DNA of 61,730 nucleotides. Origin: Kiritimatiellia bacterium (lineage in GTDB: Bacteria > Verrucomicrobiota > Kiritimatiellia > RFP12 > UBA1067). The DNA is taken from assembly GCA_017525475.1 (NCBI GenBank), contig JAFXST010000089.1, forward strand, positions 1 to 61,730. Direction: 5' to 3'. A program made the position numbers and the translations under genes. The notes under the pieces are model-generated. The model was not told the origin of the DNA. It saw only the letters and a list, made by a program, of their open reading frames with translations, and made no database searches. Each line of letters begins with the position of its first letter. The stretch's first letter is position 1. Below, one piece after another: positions 1 to 9,410 of the stretch.

Positions 1-1
1 C

Positions 2-712
2 CCGGTGCTCGACAAGGAAGGTTTCAACGGCAAGTACGAGAAGAAGCCGACCGGAGTGCCGATTGACGCGATTCTCTTCGGCGGACGCCGTCCTTCGACG
101 ATTCCGCTGGTGAACGAGGCGAAGAACTGGACGCACGGCGTGTTCATGGGCTCCGCCGCGGGCTCCGAGGTCACGGCCGCCGTCATCAGCGACCAGATCG
201 GCCAGGTCCGCCGCGACCCGATGGCGATGCTGCCGTTCTTCGGCTACAACGTCGCCGACTACTTCCAGCACTGGCTGGAGATGGAGCGCACGAGCGCCGA
301 CGCGACGAAGCTCCCCAAGATCTACTTCGTCAACTGGTTCCGCAAGACCGCCAAGGGCGAGTTCATGTGGCCGGGCTTCGGCGACAACAGCCGCGTCCTC
401 AAGTGGATCTGCGACCGCATCGAAGGCAAGGTCGGGTGCGTCAAGACGCCCATCGGCAACCTGCCCAAGGCGGCCGACATCAGCCTCGAGAACAACACCG
501 GCAAGGACACCGTGAATCCCAAGTTCCTCAAGGAGATTCTCAAGGTCGACAAGGCCGGCTGGCTCGAGGAGATCAAGACCATCGGCGAAAGCTACGACGA
601 GTACGACGCCAAGGCCTCCAAGGATACCGAAGTCAAGTCCGCCACCGCCCGTCGCGTGCCCAAGGCGCTGCGCCAGGTGCTGGCCACGGTAACCGCCGAA
701 CTCAAGAAGTAA
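2..712 (+). CDS. pckG: Phosphoenolpyruvate carboxykinase (GTP), C-terminal part; the 5' end lies outside the window
   Basis: The frame of ORF 5..712 is open to the window edge. The translation (FGGRRPSTIPLV, GSEVTAA, FVNWFRK, WPGFGDNSRVLKWI) matches the conserved C-terminal half of GTP-dependent PEPCK. Confidence 0.9.
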   Translation, partial: PVLDKEGFNGKYEKKPTGVPIDAILFGGRRPSTIPLVNEAKNWTHGVFMGSAAGSEVTAAVISDQIGQVRRDPMAMLPFFGYNVADYFQHWLEMERTSADATKLPKIYFVNWFRKTAKGEFMWPGFGDNSRVLKWICDRIEGKVGCVKTPIGNLPKAADISLENNTGKDTVNPKFLKEILKVDKAGWLEEIKTIGESYDEYDAKASKDTEVKSATARRVPKALRQVLATVTAELKK

Positions 713-729
713 GGCAAGGAGGCTCGTCC

Positions 730-2091
730 ATGGCTTCTCTCGAAATCATTGCCGCCAGTCCGGAAAAGTATTCCTGCAAGGTGACGAAGCTCGGGGAGTG
801 CAAAATCCCCTCGCCCGTGAACCACGCGGAATTCATCGACGATGAAGAGCGCATACTCTCCACCGAAAACGAACAGACGGCACTCGATCTCGAGAAGAAG
901 CTGGGGCACCTGCCCGGCTTCGAACGGGCAGGCGCCCACCGCAAGATCTTCCACGACCCGAGCTGGACGCGGGTCGGCATCGTCACGGCCGGCGGCCTCT
1001 GCCCCGGCCTCAACAACGTGATCAAGGGTCTGGTGGAGATCCTGACCTACGATTACGGCGTCAAGAACATTTTCGGCATCCGCTACGGCTACGCCGGGCT
1101 CAACCCCGCGTTCGGCTACCAGCCGATCATGCTCAACCCTGACGTGGTGGACACCATCCACGAACTGGGCGGCACGATCCTCGGCTCGAGCCGCGGCCAG
1201 CAGCCCACCGAAATCATCGTCGATACGCTGGTGAGGATGAACATCAACGTCCTCTTCTGCGTGGGCGGCGACGGCTCGCTGCGCTGCGCGCGCGACGTGG
1301 CCGACGAGTGCATCAAGCGCAATCTCAACATTTCGGTCGTGGGCATCCCCAAGACCATCGACAACGATCTCCAGTTCGTGGGCCGTTCGTTCGGTTTCGA
1401 GACGGCGGTGGCCGAGGCGGCCAACGTCATCCGCAACGCCCACGTCGAAGCCAAGGGTACCGCCGGCGGCATCGGCCTCGTCAAGGTGATGGGGCGCGAT
1501 TCGGGCTTCATCGCGGCCTACGCCGCGCTCGCCAATCCGGTGGTCAATTTCTGCCTCATCCCCGAGAATCCCTTCCGCCTCGAAGGGCCCAACGGGCTGT
1601 TCGCCGCGTTGGAGAAGCGCTTCCGCCAAGGCAAGACCCACACGGTTATCGTGGTGGCCGAGGGCGCCGGGCAGGAGATGTTCAAGGACGTGCCCGACGT
1701 GCGCGACGCCTCGGGCAATATCCTCAAGAAGGATATCGGCGAATATTTGAAGCGCGCCATCGAGTGCCACATGAAGAGCCGCGGCATCAAGAGCTCGGTC
1801 AAGTATTTCGATCCGTCCTACATCATCCGCTCCTGCGCCGCCAAGGGCACCGACGCGATCCGCTGCTACATGCTGGCGCGCAACGCCGTGCATGCGGCCA
1901 TGGCCGGGCGCACCAACTGCGTGGTGGGCAACCTGGGCGAGTCCTACGCGCTCGTACCCATCAATCTCGCCACCATCGAGCGGCAGACCGTCAATCTCAA
2001 GGGCGATCTCTGGCGCGGCGTTTTGGACGCCACCGGCCAGGAGTATTATTTCAACCCCAATGCCGAGGGTCTCGGCATCATGGCGCCTTAA
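730..2091 (+). CDS. pfkA: 6-phosphofructokinase, PfkA family (long type, probably ATP-dependent)
   Basis: ATG 730 lies 7 nt after AAGGAGG (716-722). Motifs present: GLCPGLNNVI, GGDGS, PKTIDNDL, MGRDSGFIA. GGDGS rather than GGDD argues for ATP dependence. The track start at 367 is a shadow extension overlapping pckG. Confidence 0.85.
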   Translation: MASLEIIAASPEKYSCKVTKLGECKIPSPVNHAEFIDDEERILSTENEQTALDLEKKLGHLPGFERAGAHRKIFHDPSWTRVGIVTAGGLCPGLNNVIKGLVEILTYDYGVKNIFGIRYGYAGLNPAFGYQPIMLNPDVVDTIHELGGTILGSSRGQQPTEIIVDTLVRMNINVLFCVGGDGSLRCARDVADECIKRNLNISVVGIPKTIDNDLQFVGRSFGFETAVAEAANVIRNAHVEAKGTAGGIGLVKVMGRDSGFIAAYAALANPVVNFCLIPENPFRLEGPNGLFAALEKRFRQGKTHTVIVVAEGAGQEMFKDVPDVRDASGNILKKDIGEYLKRAIECHMKSRGIKSSVKYFDPSYIIRSCAAKGTDAIRCYMLARNAVHAAMAGRTNCVVGNLGESYALVPINLATIERQTVNLKGDLWRGVLDATGQEYYFNPNAEGLGIMAP

Positions 2092-2127
2092 GTGGGCTTG
2101 AACGGCCGCCATCGCGGCCCCCGCGAA

Positions 2128-2874
2128 ATGGTTTCGGGGGGCGAGTGGATTTACGGGCGCAATCCCGTGGAGGAGGCGCTGGCCGCGGGCCGGCGCACCT
2201 GCACCGAAGTCATCCTGCCGCCGTTCGACACGCTGGACGATCAGCTCCGGCGCATCCATGACGAATGCGTCGCCCGGCGGATCATGATCGCGCACAAGGA
2301 CCGGCACGAACTCGACAAGCTCACGCATTTCGGCCACCACCAGAACGTGGCGCTCAAGACGACCGGCTATCCTTACGTGGGCTTCGAAGACATCGTCCGT
2401 GCCGCGCACGACGACGAAAACGCCTTGGTGCTGGTGCTGGACCACCTGGAGGACCCGCAGAACGTGGGGGCCATCTTGCGCACGGCGTGCGCGGTGGGGG
2501 TTACGGGCGTCGTCATCCCCGAAGACCGCGCCTGCGGCATCACCCCGGCGGCGGTGCGCGCCTCGGCGGGCGGCACCGAATACCTTAAAGTGGCGCACGT
2601 CGTCAACCTGCCGCGCGCCATCGACGATTTGAAGGATGCGGGGCTGTGGTTCACCGGCCTCGACTGGGGCGACGATTCCAAGCCCTACACCGAAGTGGAT
2701 TTCAAGGGCCCGGTCGGGCTTGTAGTGGGCGCGGAGGGTAGCGGCATTTCGCGCCTCGTGCGCGAGAAGTGCGATTTCATCGCCCATCTGCCCATGCCCG
2801 GCGGCTTCGAAAGCCTCAACGCCGCCACGGCCGCCTCGGTCACGCTTTACGAAGTGCTGCGCCAGCGGCGGTAA
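2128..2874 (+). CDS. rlmB: TrmH/SpoU-family 23S rRNA 2'-O-methyltransferase (RlmB-like)
   Basis: N-terminal IYGRNPVEEAL, the SpoU methylase core (LDHLEDPQNVGAILRTA, GAEGSGIS) and C-terminal SLNAATAASV. ATG 2128 is preferred over GTG 2092, which abuts the pfk stop codon; the start is uncertain. Confidence 0.75.
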   Translation: MVSGGEWIYGRNPVEEALAAGRRTCTEVILPPFDTLDDQLRRIHDECVARRIMIAHKDRHELDKLTHFGHHQNVALKTTGYPYVGFEDIVRAAHDDENALVLVLDHLEDPQNVGAILRTACAVGVTGVVIPEDRACGITPAAVRASAGGTEYLKVAHVVNLPRAIDDLKDAGLWFTGLDWGDDSKPYTEVDFKGPVGLVVGAEGSGISRLVREKCDFIAHLPMPGGFESLNAATAASVTLYEVLRQRR

Positions 2875-5809
2875 ACAGTTCCGCCAGTTTGCGCTCGGGG
2901 GTTTTGCCCTTGAGGTCGGCCACGGCCGCGATTTCGCGCCCCCCCGCCTTGTAGAATACGGCGCGCCCGCCATGGGCGTCAACGTTGCCGATTCCGTTTT
3001 TCGCGCAGCGGATGCGCAAGGCCGCGAGGCGCACGAACTGTTCCGCTTCGGACGGGAGGGGCCCGAACCGGTCGGCCATTTCGTCTTTGAGACGCTTGAC
3101 CTCGCGGAGGTCTTGCGCCTCGGCGAAGCGCTTGAGCATCGACAGCCGCTGGCCTTCGTCTTCGATGTATTCGTACGGTATCGCCGCCTCGATAAAGTCG
3201 AGGTTGAGGTGCACCTCCACCGTTTCGCGCACTTTCTCGCCTTTCATCATGGCGATGGTGCGTTTCAGGAGCTGGCAGTAGAGCGTAAAGCCGACGGTGG
3301 CGATGTGGCCGGACTGCTTGCTCCCGAGGAGATTGCCCGCGCCGCGCAGTTCCAGATCGCGCACGGCCAGATTGAAGCCGCTCCCGAGGCCGCCGTGGCG
3401 CTTGAGCGCCGCGAGCCGCTCGCGCGCGTCGGAATCGACCAGCCCCTCGCCCGGGAGCAAAAAGTAGGCGTAGCCTTGCTTGGCGCTCCGCCCGACGCGC
3501 CCGCGCAGCTGGTAGAGTTCCGCGAGCCCCAGGCGTTCGGCGTGGTCCACGATGATGGTGTTGGCCCGGGGGATGTCGATGCCCGATTCGACGATGGTGG
3601 TCGAAAGGAGAATATCGGCCTTTCCCTCTTCGAACATGCGCATTTTGCCGGCGAGCGTGCGCGAATCCATTTGGCCGTGCGCGATCACGATGCGGGCGTC
3701 GGGCAACAGGCGCTGCAGGTCGCGCGCGGTCTTGCCGATGGTGGAAACGCGGTTGTGGAGGTAGAACACCTGTCCGCCGCCCGCGAGTTCCCTGGTGATG
3801 GCGCTTTTGACGAGATCGTCGGCGGCCTCCGCGACTTTGGTCTCCACCGCCACGCGTTCGCGCGGGGGCGAGCGCAGGAGCGAGAGGTCGCGCGCGCCGG
3901 TCATCGAGAGGTAGAGCGTGCGCGGGATGGGCGTGGCCGACATGGTGAGCACGTCCGCCGTGGCGCGCAGCGTCTTCAGGAACTCCTTGTGCCGCACGCC
4001 GAAGCGCTGTTCTTCGTCGATGATGATGAGCCCCAGATCGCGGAAGGCGATCTTGCCCGAAAGGATCGCGTGGGTGCCGATCACGATATCGCACGCGCCC
4101 GAGGCGAGGCGCTTGAAGGTGCCCTCGTGCGTGGCGGCGCCCTGGAAGCGCGATACCGACTCGATCCGCACGGGCGTGCCGTCGAAGCGGCTGGTGAACG
4201 TCTCGAAATGCTGTTCGGCCAGCACGGTGGTGGGCGCGAGCACCGCCGTCTGCTTGCCGTTCATGGCGGCGATATAGGCCGCGCGCATCGCCACCTCGGT
4301 CTTGCCGTAGCCCGCGTCGCCGCAGACGAGCCGGTCCATCGGCCGCGTTGCCGCCATATCCGCCTTGACGGCCGCGATGGCGGCAAGCTGGTCGGGCGTT
4401 TCCTCGTAGGGGAAGGCCGCCTCGAACGCCGCGAGTCCTTCGAGACCCTCCACCTTGCAGGCGAATCCGGGCACGATCTCGCGCCGCGCCTGCACCGACA
4501 GGAGCTGGGCGGCCAGGTCGCGCACGGCCTGTTCGGCGTCGGCTTTGTCGCGGTTCCAGCGCTTGCCGTCGAGGCGATGGACTTTTACCTCCATGCCTTT
4601 CACGCCCACGTAGCGCGACAGCAAATGCGCATGTTGGGCCGGCACGTGCAGCTTGGCGCCGTCGGCGTATTCGATGGTGAACACCTCCACCTTGGCGCCG
4701 TTGCGGTCGATGAAGTGCGAGCCGATGTATTTGCCTACGCCATGATCCACGTGCACCACGTATTCGCCCGGCTCGAGCTCGTCGAAGTCCTCGATGCGCC
4801 GCCCGGTGCTGCCCGAAGGGGCGCGGTGTTTGCGCGTTCGGGAGGCGTGCTTGGCGAACACCCGGTCGGCCTTGGTCACCACCGTCAGCCCCGGGATTTC
4901 GAACCCGCCCGACAGATCGTCGATCTGCACCACCCGGTTGCCGTGCGCCTTGGCCGCCTCGAGATGGCGCGCGAGCCGTTGGCGCGACGCCTCGAAGAGC
5001 TCCGGGTGGTGCGCTTCGCCGGCGCCCAGCTCCGAAAAGCCCGGCAGCGCCGAGGTCGCGATTTCGAGCGGCTTGAGCGCCATCGGCAAGGCGTATTCGG
5101 CCGCCGAAAAGGCGAGGATCGTCGAATCCGGCGGCAACAGGTCGAAGAGCGAGCCGCGCTCCGCCTCCTGCTCCGGCAACGCTACGGGCATTATCTGGAC
5201 TTCGGCTGCTCGCTCCACCGAAATCTGCGTGGCCGCGTCGAAGAGCCTGAGGCTCTCCAGTTCCTCGCCGAAGAACTCGGCCCGGGCCGGCAGTTCTTCG
5301 CCCGGCGACCATACGTCCAAAATGCCGCCGCGCACCGAGAATTCGCCTTCTTTGGCCACTTGGGCCGTGCGCTGATAGCCGAGCTTGGCGAGGAGTCCCA
5401 AGTCGAGACGCATGCCGGGCTTAAGCGTCAGCGGCTGGACGCCGCTTTTGGGGATGCCGCTCGCCAAGGCGGCGAAGGGAGATACGATCACGAGCGGATA
5501 GGGGCGTTCGGCCCACGCCTTGAGCGCCGCCGCCGTTTTGAGCCGCGCGCCCAGCGAAGCGCGCTCGCCCGGCACGAGCGGCGGAAACTCGAGGATCCGC
5601 TTTTCGCCGGTGGCGGCGAGGATGCGCAAATCGTCCAGCATCCGATCGGCTTCGGGGATGCCGGCGCAAACCGCCAAGGTTACGCGATTGGCGGCGCAAA
5701 GCGTAAGAAAAGCGCCGGCCGCGCCCGACATGGGCGCAACGTTCCACGCCCCGCCGCGCCGGAGGGCGGGGGGTAGGCGGGACGCGAAAAACTTTATCGC
5801 CGCTTTCAT
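2840..5809 (-). CDS. mfd: Transcription-repair coupling factor Mfd
   Basis: 989-aa ORF with VVHVDHGVGKY, helicase motifs GDAGYGKTEVA and IIDEEQRFG, and a TRCF-type C-terminus. Its 3' end overlaps the rlmB 3' end convergently (2840-2874). Confidence 0.9.
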   Translation of the reverse strand: MKAAIKFFASRLPPALRRGGAWNVAPMSGAAGAFLTLCAANRVTLAVCAGIPEADRMLDDLRILAATGEKRILEFPPLVPGERASLGARLKTAAALKAWAERPYPLVIVSPFAALASGIPKSGVQPLTLKPGMRLDLGLLAKLGYQRTAQVAKEGEFSVRGGILDVWSPGEELPARAEFFGEELESLRLFDAATQISVERAAEVQIMPVALPEQEAERGSLFDLLPPDSTILAFSAAEYALPMALKPLEIATSALPGFSELGAGEAHHPELFEASRQRLARHLEAAKAHGNRVVQIDDLSGGFEIPGLTVVTKADRVFAKHASRTRKHRAPSGSTGRRIEDFDELEPGEYVVHVDHGVGKYIGSHFIDRNGAKVEVFTIEYADGAKLHVPAQHAHLLSRYVGVKGMEVKVHRLDGKRWNRDKADAEQAVRDLAAQLLSVQARREIVPGFACKVEGLEGLAAFEAAFPYEETPDQLAAIAAVKADMAATRPMDRLVCGDAGYGKTEVAMRAAYIAAMNGKQTAVLAPTTVLAEQHFETFTSRFDGTPVRIESVSRFQGAATHEGTFKRLASGACDIVIGTHAILSGKIAFRDLGLIIIDEEQRFGVRHKEFLKTLRATADVLTMSATPIPRTLYLSMTGARDLSLLRSPPRERVAVETKVAEAADDLVKSAITRELAGGGQVFYLHNRVSTIGKTARDLQRLLPDARIVIAHGQMDSRTLAGKMRMFEEGKADILLSTTIVESGIDIPRANTIIVDHAERLGLAELYQLRGRVGRSAKQGYAYFLLPGEGLVDSDARERLAALKRHGGLGSGFNLAVRDLELRGAGNLLGSKQSGHIATVGFTLYCQLLKRTIAMMKGEKVRETVEVHLNLDFIEAAIPYEYIEDEGQRLSMLKRFAEAQDLREVKRLKDEMADRFGPLPSEAEQFVRLAALRIRCAKNGIGNVDAHGGRAVFYKAGGREIAAVADLKGKTPERKLAELFTAAGAALRKA

Positions 5810-5825
5810 CGGGACTGTGGCGGAT

Positions 5826-5854
5826 ATTATACCATAAATTCCGAAAAATTACAA
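5826..5854 (-). promoter_or_regulatory. Putative sigma70-type promoter for mfd
   Basis: The minus strand reads TTGTAA (5854-5849), a 17-nt spacer ending in TGG, then TATAAT (5831-5826) followed by A. The mfd ATG is at 5809, which implies a leader of only about 10 nt. Confidence 0.5.
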
Positions 5855-5860
5855 TAGCAC

Positions 5861-5889
5861 TTGACTGTTGGCGGAAAAAAGAGTATAAT
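5861..5889 (+). promoter_or_regulatory. Putative sigma70-type promoter for the V-ATPase cluster
   Basis: TTGACT (5861-5866), a 17-nt spacer, then TATAAT (5884-5889) followed by A. It is divergent from the mfd promoter. Confidence 0.55.
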
Positions 5890-5915
5890 ATACATATAAA
5901 ATGTGGAGGAATACT

Positions 5916-6491
5916 ATGTCCGAAGATCTGCAGAGCCTACTTGAGAAGATAAATCGCGAAGGCGTCGAGAAGGCGCAGGCGGCGGCCGACGAAATCGTGG
6001 CCAAGGCCAAGGCGCAAGCGGCGGCGCTCGTCAAGGAGGCCGAGGCGGCGGCCGCCAAGGCCAAAGCCGATGCGGAACTGGCCGCGCAGGATTACGCCCG
6101 GCGTGCGGCCGAAACCATCCGGCAAGCCGCGCGCGATACCGTAATCTCGGTCGAAAACGCGATCACCGCCAAGCTTACGGCGCTCCTCGCGCAGGACGTC
6201 AAGGCGGCGATGGCCGACGGCAAGGCGGTGGCCAAGCTCGTGGGCGAGGTCGTCTCCACGCTGGCCAAGGACGGCGAAGTCACGGTGGCCGCCGCCAAGG
6301 ATCTCGCCGCCATGCTCAAGGCGCAGCTCGCCGCCCAGAAGAACATCGAGGTCGTAACCGACGATACGGTGGGCACCGGCTTTACCGTCAAGCTCGACGG
6401 CGGGCGCGTCGAACACACCTTTACCGGCGCGGCCATCTCGGGCGAACTGGCCAAGCGCCTCCGCAGCGATCTCGCGCAACTGGTCAAGTAA
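5916..6491 (+). CDS. ntpE: V/A-type ATP synthase subunit E (peripheral stalk)
   Basis: ATG 5916 lies 5 nt after GGAGGA (5905-5910). The protein has an Ala/Lys/Glu-rich coiled-coil N-terminus and a globular C-terminus, and the gene sits two genes upstream of the V-type A subunit. Confidence 0.65.
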   Translation: MSEDLQSLLEKINREGVEKAQAAADEIVAKAKAQAAALVKEAEAAAAKAKADAELAAQDYARRAAETIRQAARDTVISVENAITAKLTALLAQDVKAAMADGKAVAKLVGEVVSTLAKDGEVTVAAAKDLAAMLKAQLAAQKNIEVVTDDTVGTGFTVKLDGGRVEHTFTGAAISGELAKRLRSDLAQLVK

Positions 6492-6943
6492 TGACAACCG
6501 ACTACATCGTCGCCAGTCTGCCTGGCCTTGCGTTCGGGGAACCGGCGCCAATGACCTGGGCGGCCTTCGAAGCGGTGGCCGGCAAGGACGCCATACCCGC
6601 CGAATGGCAGGATCTGGAAACCCAGCTCCGCAACGCCATGGCCGAAGCGCGCGGCGGCGGCGACAAGTTTCGCCGGCCGGCCGAGGGCGTTAGCCTCTAC
6701 TGGCGCGGCCGGGTGCTCGCCGCTTTCCAGGAGAAAGATCCGCTCAAGCGTGACGAACTGCTCGATCGCGTGTGGTGGGATGCCGCCGGCGAACTCACTC
6801 CGTGCGCGAGCCCGCTCGGCAAAGGCGCGCTCGGCACTTACGCGGTGCGCCTCAAGGTGGCGCTCAAGCGGCAGCTGATCGATGCGGGCAAGGGCGGCGA
6901 ATCGTTCGAGCGCCTGGCGCAGGAAACGCAAATCCAACTTTAA
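6491..6943 (+). CDS. Hypothetical protein, DUF2764-like (V-ATPase operon-associated)
   Basis: TAATG overlap with ntpE. The N-terminus DYIVASLPGLAFGEP resembles the start of DUF2764 proteins, which occupy this slot in Bacteroidota/Chlamydiota-type V-ATPase operons. At 150 aa it is shorter than I expect for that family. Confidence 0.5.
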   Translation: MTTDYIVASLPGLAFGEPAPMTWAAFEAVAGKDAIPAEWQDLETQLRNAMAEARGGGDKFRRPAEGVSLYWRGRVLAAFQEKDPLKRDELLDRVWWDAAGELTPCASPLGKGALGTYAVRLKVALKRQLIDAGKGGESFERLAQETQIQL

Positions 6944-6962
6944 GCTTCATTAGGAGTAAACG

Positions 6963-8723
6963 ATGACAACTGGCAAGATTGTGGCGGTCAACGGCAACAT
7001 GATCACCGTCCGGTTCGAGGGTTCCGTGGCCCAGAACGAAGTGGGCTACGCCATTCTCGGCAACAAGCGCCTGATGGCCGAAATCGTCCGCGTGCGCGGG
7101 CAGAACTGCGATATGCAGGTGTTCGACGACACCACCGACCTCGCCGTGGGCGACCAGGTGGAGTTCACCGGCGAACTGCTGGCCGCGGAACTGGGTCCGG
7201 GCATGCTCGCGCAGGTTTACGACGGCCTCCAGAACCCGCTCGCGGAGCTTGCGCAGGAAGCGGCCAAGATCAGCAAGGACGCCGAATTCTTCCTGCAGCG
7301 CGGCATGTATCTGCCGGGGCTGCCGCGTAACAAAAAGTGGGACTTCCACCCCACGGCCAAAGTGGGCGACAAGGTGGCGGCGGGCGAAGCGCTCGGCTGG
7401 GTCACCGAGGGCATCTTCGACAACCAGACGATGCCGGGCCACAAGATTATGGTGCCGTTCGCGCTTAGGGGCGTCTACACCATCAAGGCGCTCGCTCCCG
7501 CGGGCGACTACACGGTCACCGAGGATATCGCCACGCTCGTCGACGCCGAAGGCCGCGAGACCAAGGTGCAGATGATGCAGCGTTGGCCGGTCAAGGTGCC
7601 GATCAAGTGCTTTGCCGAGCGGCTCGAACCCACCGAAACTCTCGAGACCACGGTGCGCACCATCGACACGTTCTTCCCCGTGGCCGTGGGCGGCACCTAC
7701 TGCATCCCCGGGCCGTTCGGCGCGGGCAAAACGGTGCTGCAGCAGACGACGGCGCGCTACGCCAAGGTGGATATCGTGATTTCGGCCGCCTGCGGCGAAC
7801 GCGCGGGCGAAGTGGTGGAAACCTTGAAGGAGTTCCCCGAGATCGTCGACCCCAAGACGGGCCAGTCGCTGATGAAGCGCACCATCATCATCTGCAACAC
7901 CTCGTCGATGCCGGTCGCCTCGCGCGAAGCTTCGGTGTACACGGCGGTGACGCTGGCGGAATACTTCCGGCAAATGGGGCTCAACGTGCTGGTGCTCGCC
8001 GACTCCACGTCGCGCTGGGCGCAGGCCATGCGCGAGCTCTCCGGCCGACTCGAAGAGATCCCCGGCGAAGAAGCGTTCCCCGCCTACCTCGAAAGCCGCA
8101 TCGCCGCGTTCTACGAGCGCGCCGGTCGCGTGCGCCTCAAAGACGGCACCTGCGGCTCGGTCACGATCGGCGGCACGGTGTCGCCCGCGGGCGGCAACTT
8201 CGACGAGCCGGTCACGCAGGCCACGCTCAAGGTGGTGGGCGGCTTCCACGGCCTCTCCCGCGCGCGCTCCGACGCGCGCCGGTATCCCGCCATCGACCCG
8301 CTCGACAGCTGGAGCCACTACAATTCGGTCATCGACCAGGATCGCGTCGAGCGCGCCCGCGCCATTCTGCGCAAGGGCAACGAAGTGGGCCAGATGATGA
8401 AGGTGGTGGGCGAAGAGGGCACCTCGCTCGCCGACTTCACCACCTACCTCAAGGCCGAGTTCCTCGACGCCGTGTATCTGCAGCAGAACGCGTTCAGCGA
8501 GTCCGACGCGACCACGCCCGTGGAGCGCCAGCAGATCATGTTCGACGTGGTGGAGAAGGTGCTCAATACCGACTACCGCTTCGAAGACAAGGATTCTACG
8601 CGCAAGTTCTTCATGGACCTGCAGCAAACGTTCATCGACTGGAACGACAAGGCCCGCAACTCGCCGGAGTTCGAAACCCAGAAGGCGGCGCTCCTCCGCA
8701 AAATCGACGAAGCAAAGGCATAA
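6963..8723 (+). CDS. ntpA: V/A-type ATP synthase catalytic subunit A
   Basis: AGGAG at 6952-6956. 586 aa with Walker A GPFGAGKT and typical V-type A-subunit length and layout. Confidence 0.9.
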   Translation: MTTGKIVAVNGNMITVRFEGSVAQNEVGYAILGNKRLMAEIVRVRGQNCDMQVFDDTTDLAVGDQVEFTGELLAAELGPGMLAQVYDGLQNPLAELAQEAAKISKDAEFFLQRGMYLPGLPRNKKWDFHPTAKVGDKVAAGEALGWVTEGIFDNQTMPGHKIMVPFALRGVYTIKALAPAGDYTVTEDIATLVDAEGRETKVQMMQRWPVKVPIKCFAERLEPTETLETTVRTIDTFFPVAVGGTYCIPGPFGAGKTVLQQTTARYAKVDIVISAACGERAGEVVETLKEFPEIVDPKTGQSLMKRTIIICNTSSMPVASREASVYTAVTLAEYFRQMGLNVLVLADSTSRWAQAMRELSGRLEEIPGEEAFPAYLESRIAAFYERAGRVRLKDGTCGSVTIGGTVSPAGGNFDEPVTQATLKVVGGFHGLSRARSDARRYPAIDPLDSWSHYNSVIDQDRVERARAILRKGNEVGQMMKVVGEEGTSLADFTTYLKAEFLDAVYLQQNAFSESDATTPVERQQIMFDVVEKVLNTDYRFEDKDSTRKFFMDLQQTFIDWNDKARNSPEFETQKAALLRKIDEAKA

Positions 8724-8727
8724 ACTT

Positions 8728-9410
8728 ATGGCACTCAATATCGTAGACAAAACCGACGACCGCGTCCAGATCAAGAACGTGCTCATGTCGGTATCGGACA
8801 AAACCGGGCTCGAGACGTTCGTCCCCGCGCTGATCGAGGCCTGCCCCGGCGTCAAGATCTATTCCACCGGCGGCACCTACGCCAAGATCAAGGAGATCCT
8901 GGGCGACCGGGCCGAGGGCACGCTCGTCGCGGTCAGCGACTACACCGGCCAGCCCGAGATGCAGGGCGGGCTCGTCAAGACGCTCGACTTCAAGATCTAC
9001 CTCGGGCTCCTCTCCGAAAAGTACAACGACGCGCACAGGCGGATCTCAAGCGCCTCGCGGCCGAAGCCATCGATATGGTGGTGGTAAACCTCTATCCCTT
9101 CCGCCAAACCGTGGCCAAGGCGGGCGTCACTCCCGAGATGGCCCGCACCAACATCGACATCGGCGGGCCCTGCATGGTGCGCGCGAGCGCCAAGAACTAC
9201 TTGCGCGTCGCCTCGGTCACCGACCCGCAGGACTACCCCAACCTCGTCAACGAGCTCAAGGATCACGGCGGCACGCTCGGCTTCGACACGCGCTTCAAGC
9301 TCATGAAGAAGGCGTTCGCCCACACGGCCGAGTACGACACCGCCATTGCCGCGTTCTTCACCTCGCGCACTTGGGAGGAAGTCCATAACACCTACACCTA
9401 TCAGGCTTAA
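8728..9410 (+). pseudogene. PurH N-terminal (MGS-like / IMP-cyclohydrolase-like) domain gene, interrupted by a frameshift near 9034-9040
   Basis: ORF 8728..9087 (MGS-like, [16 protein letters not shown]) and ORF 9075..9410 ([23 protein letters not shown]) are the two halves of one PurH-N-terminal-type domain. Reading [21 protein letters not shown] requires a frame change after NDAH. No AICAR transformylase domain follows. Confidence 0.7.

Noticed and set aside
367-729. N-terminal extension of pfk (track ORF start at 367)
   Set aside because: The extension overlaps pckG in another frame and is Arg/Gln/Gly-rich. A strong AAGGAGG RBS precedes the internal ATG at 730, where PFK homology begins.
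592-2982. 796-aa minus-strand ORF. Similar very long antisense or off-frame ORFs are 2972..5776 (+), 2979..5312 (-), 6864..8855 (-), 22644..24806 (-), 28913..30538 (-), 35681..37834 (-), 45544..47427 (-), 48403..50112 (-), 50529..53315 (-), 53339..54787 (-) and 57284..59095 (-).
   Set aside because: They are shadow ORFs typical of GC-rich DNA. Their translations are Arg/Ala/Gly/His/Pro-rich and low-complexity with no recognisable motifs. Each lies antisense to or out of frame with a gene that has clear family signatures.
5916-6491. F-type ATP synthase b subunit instead of V-type E
   Set aside because: There is no N-terminal TM helix, and the gene is linked to a V-type A subunit and a DUF2764-like gene rather than to F-type subunits.
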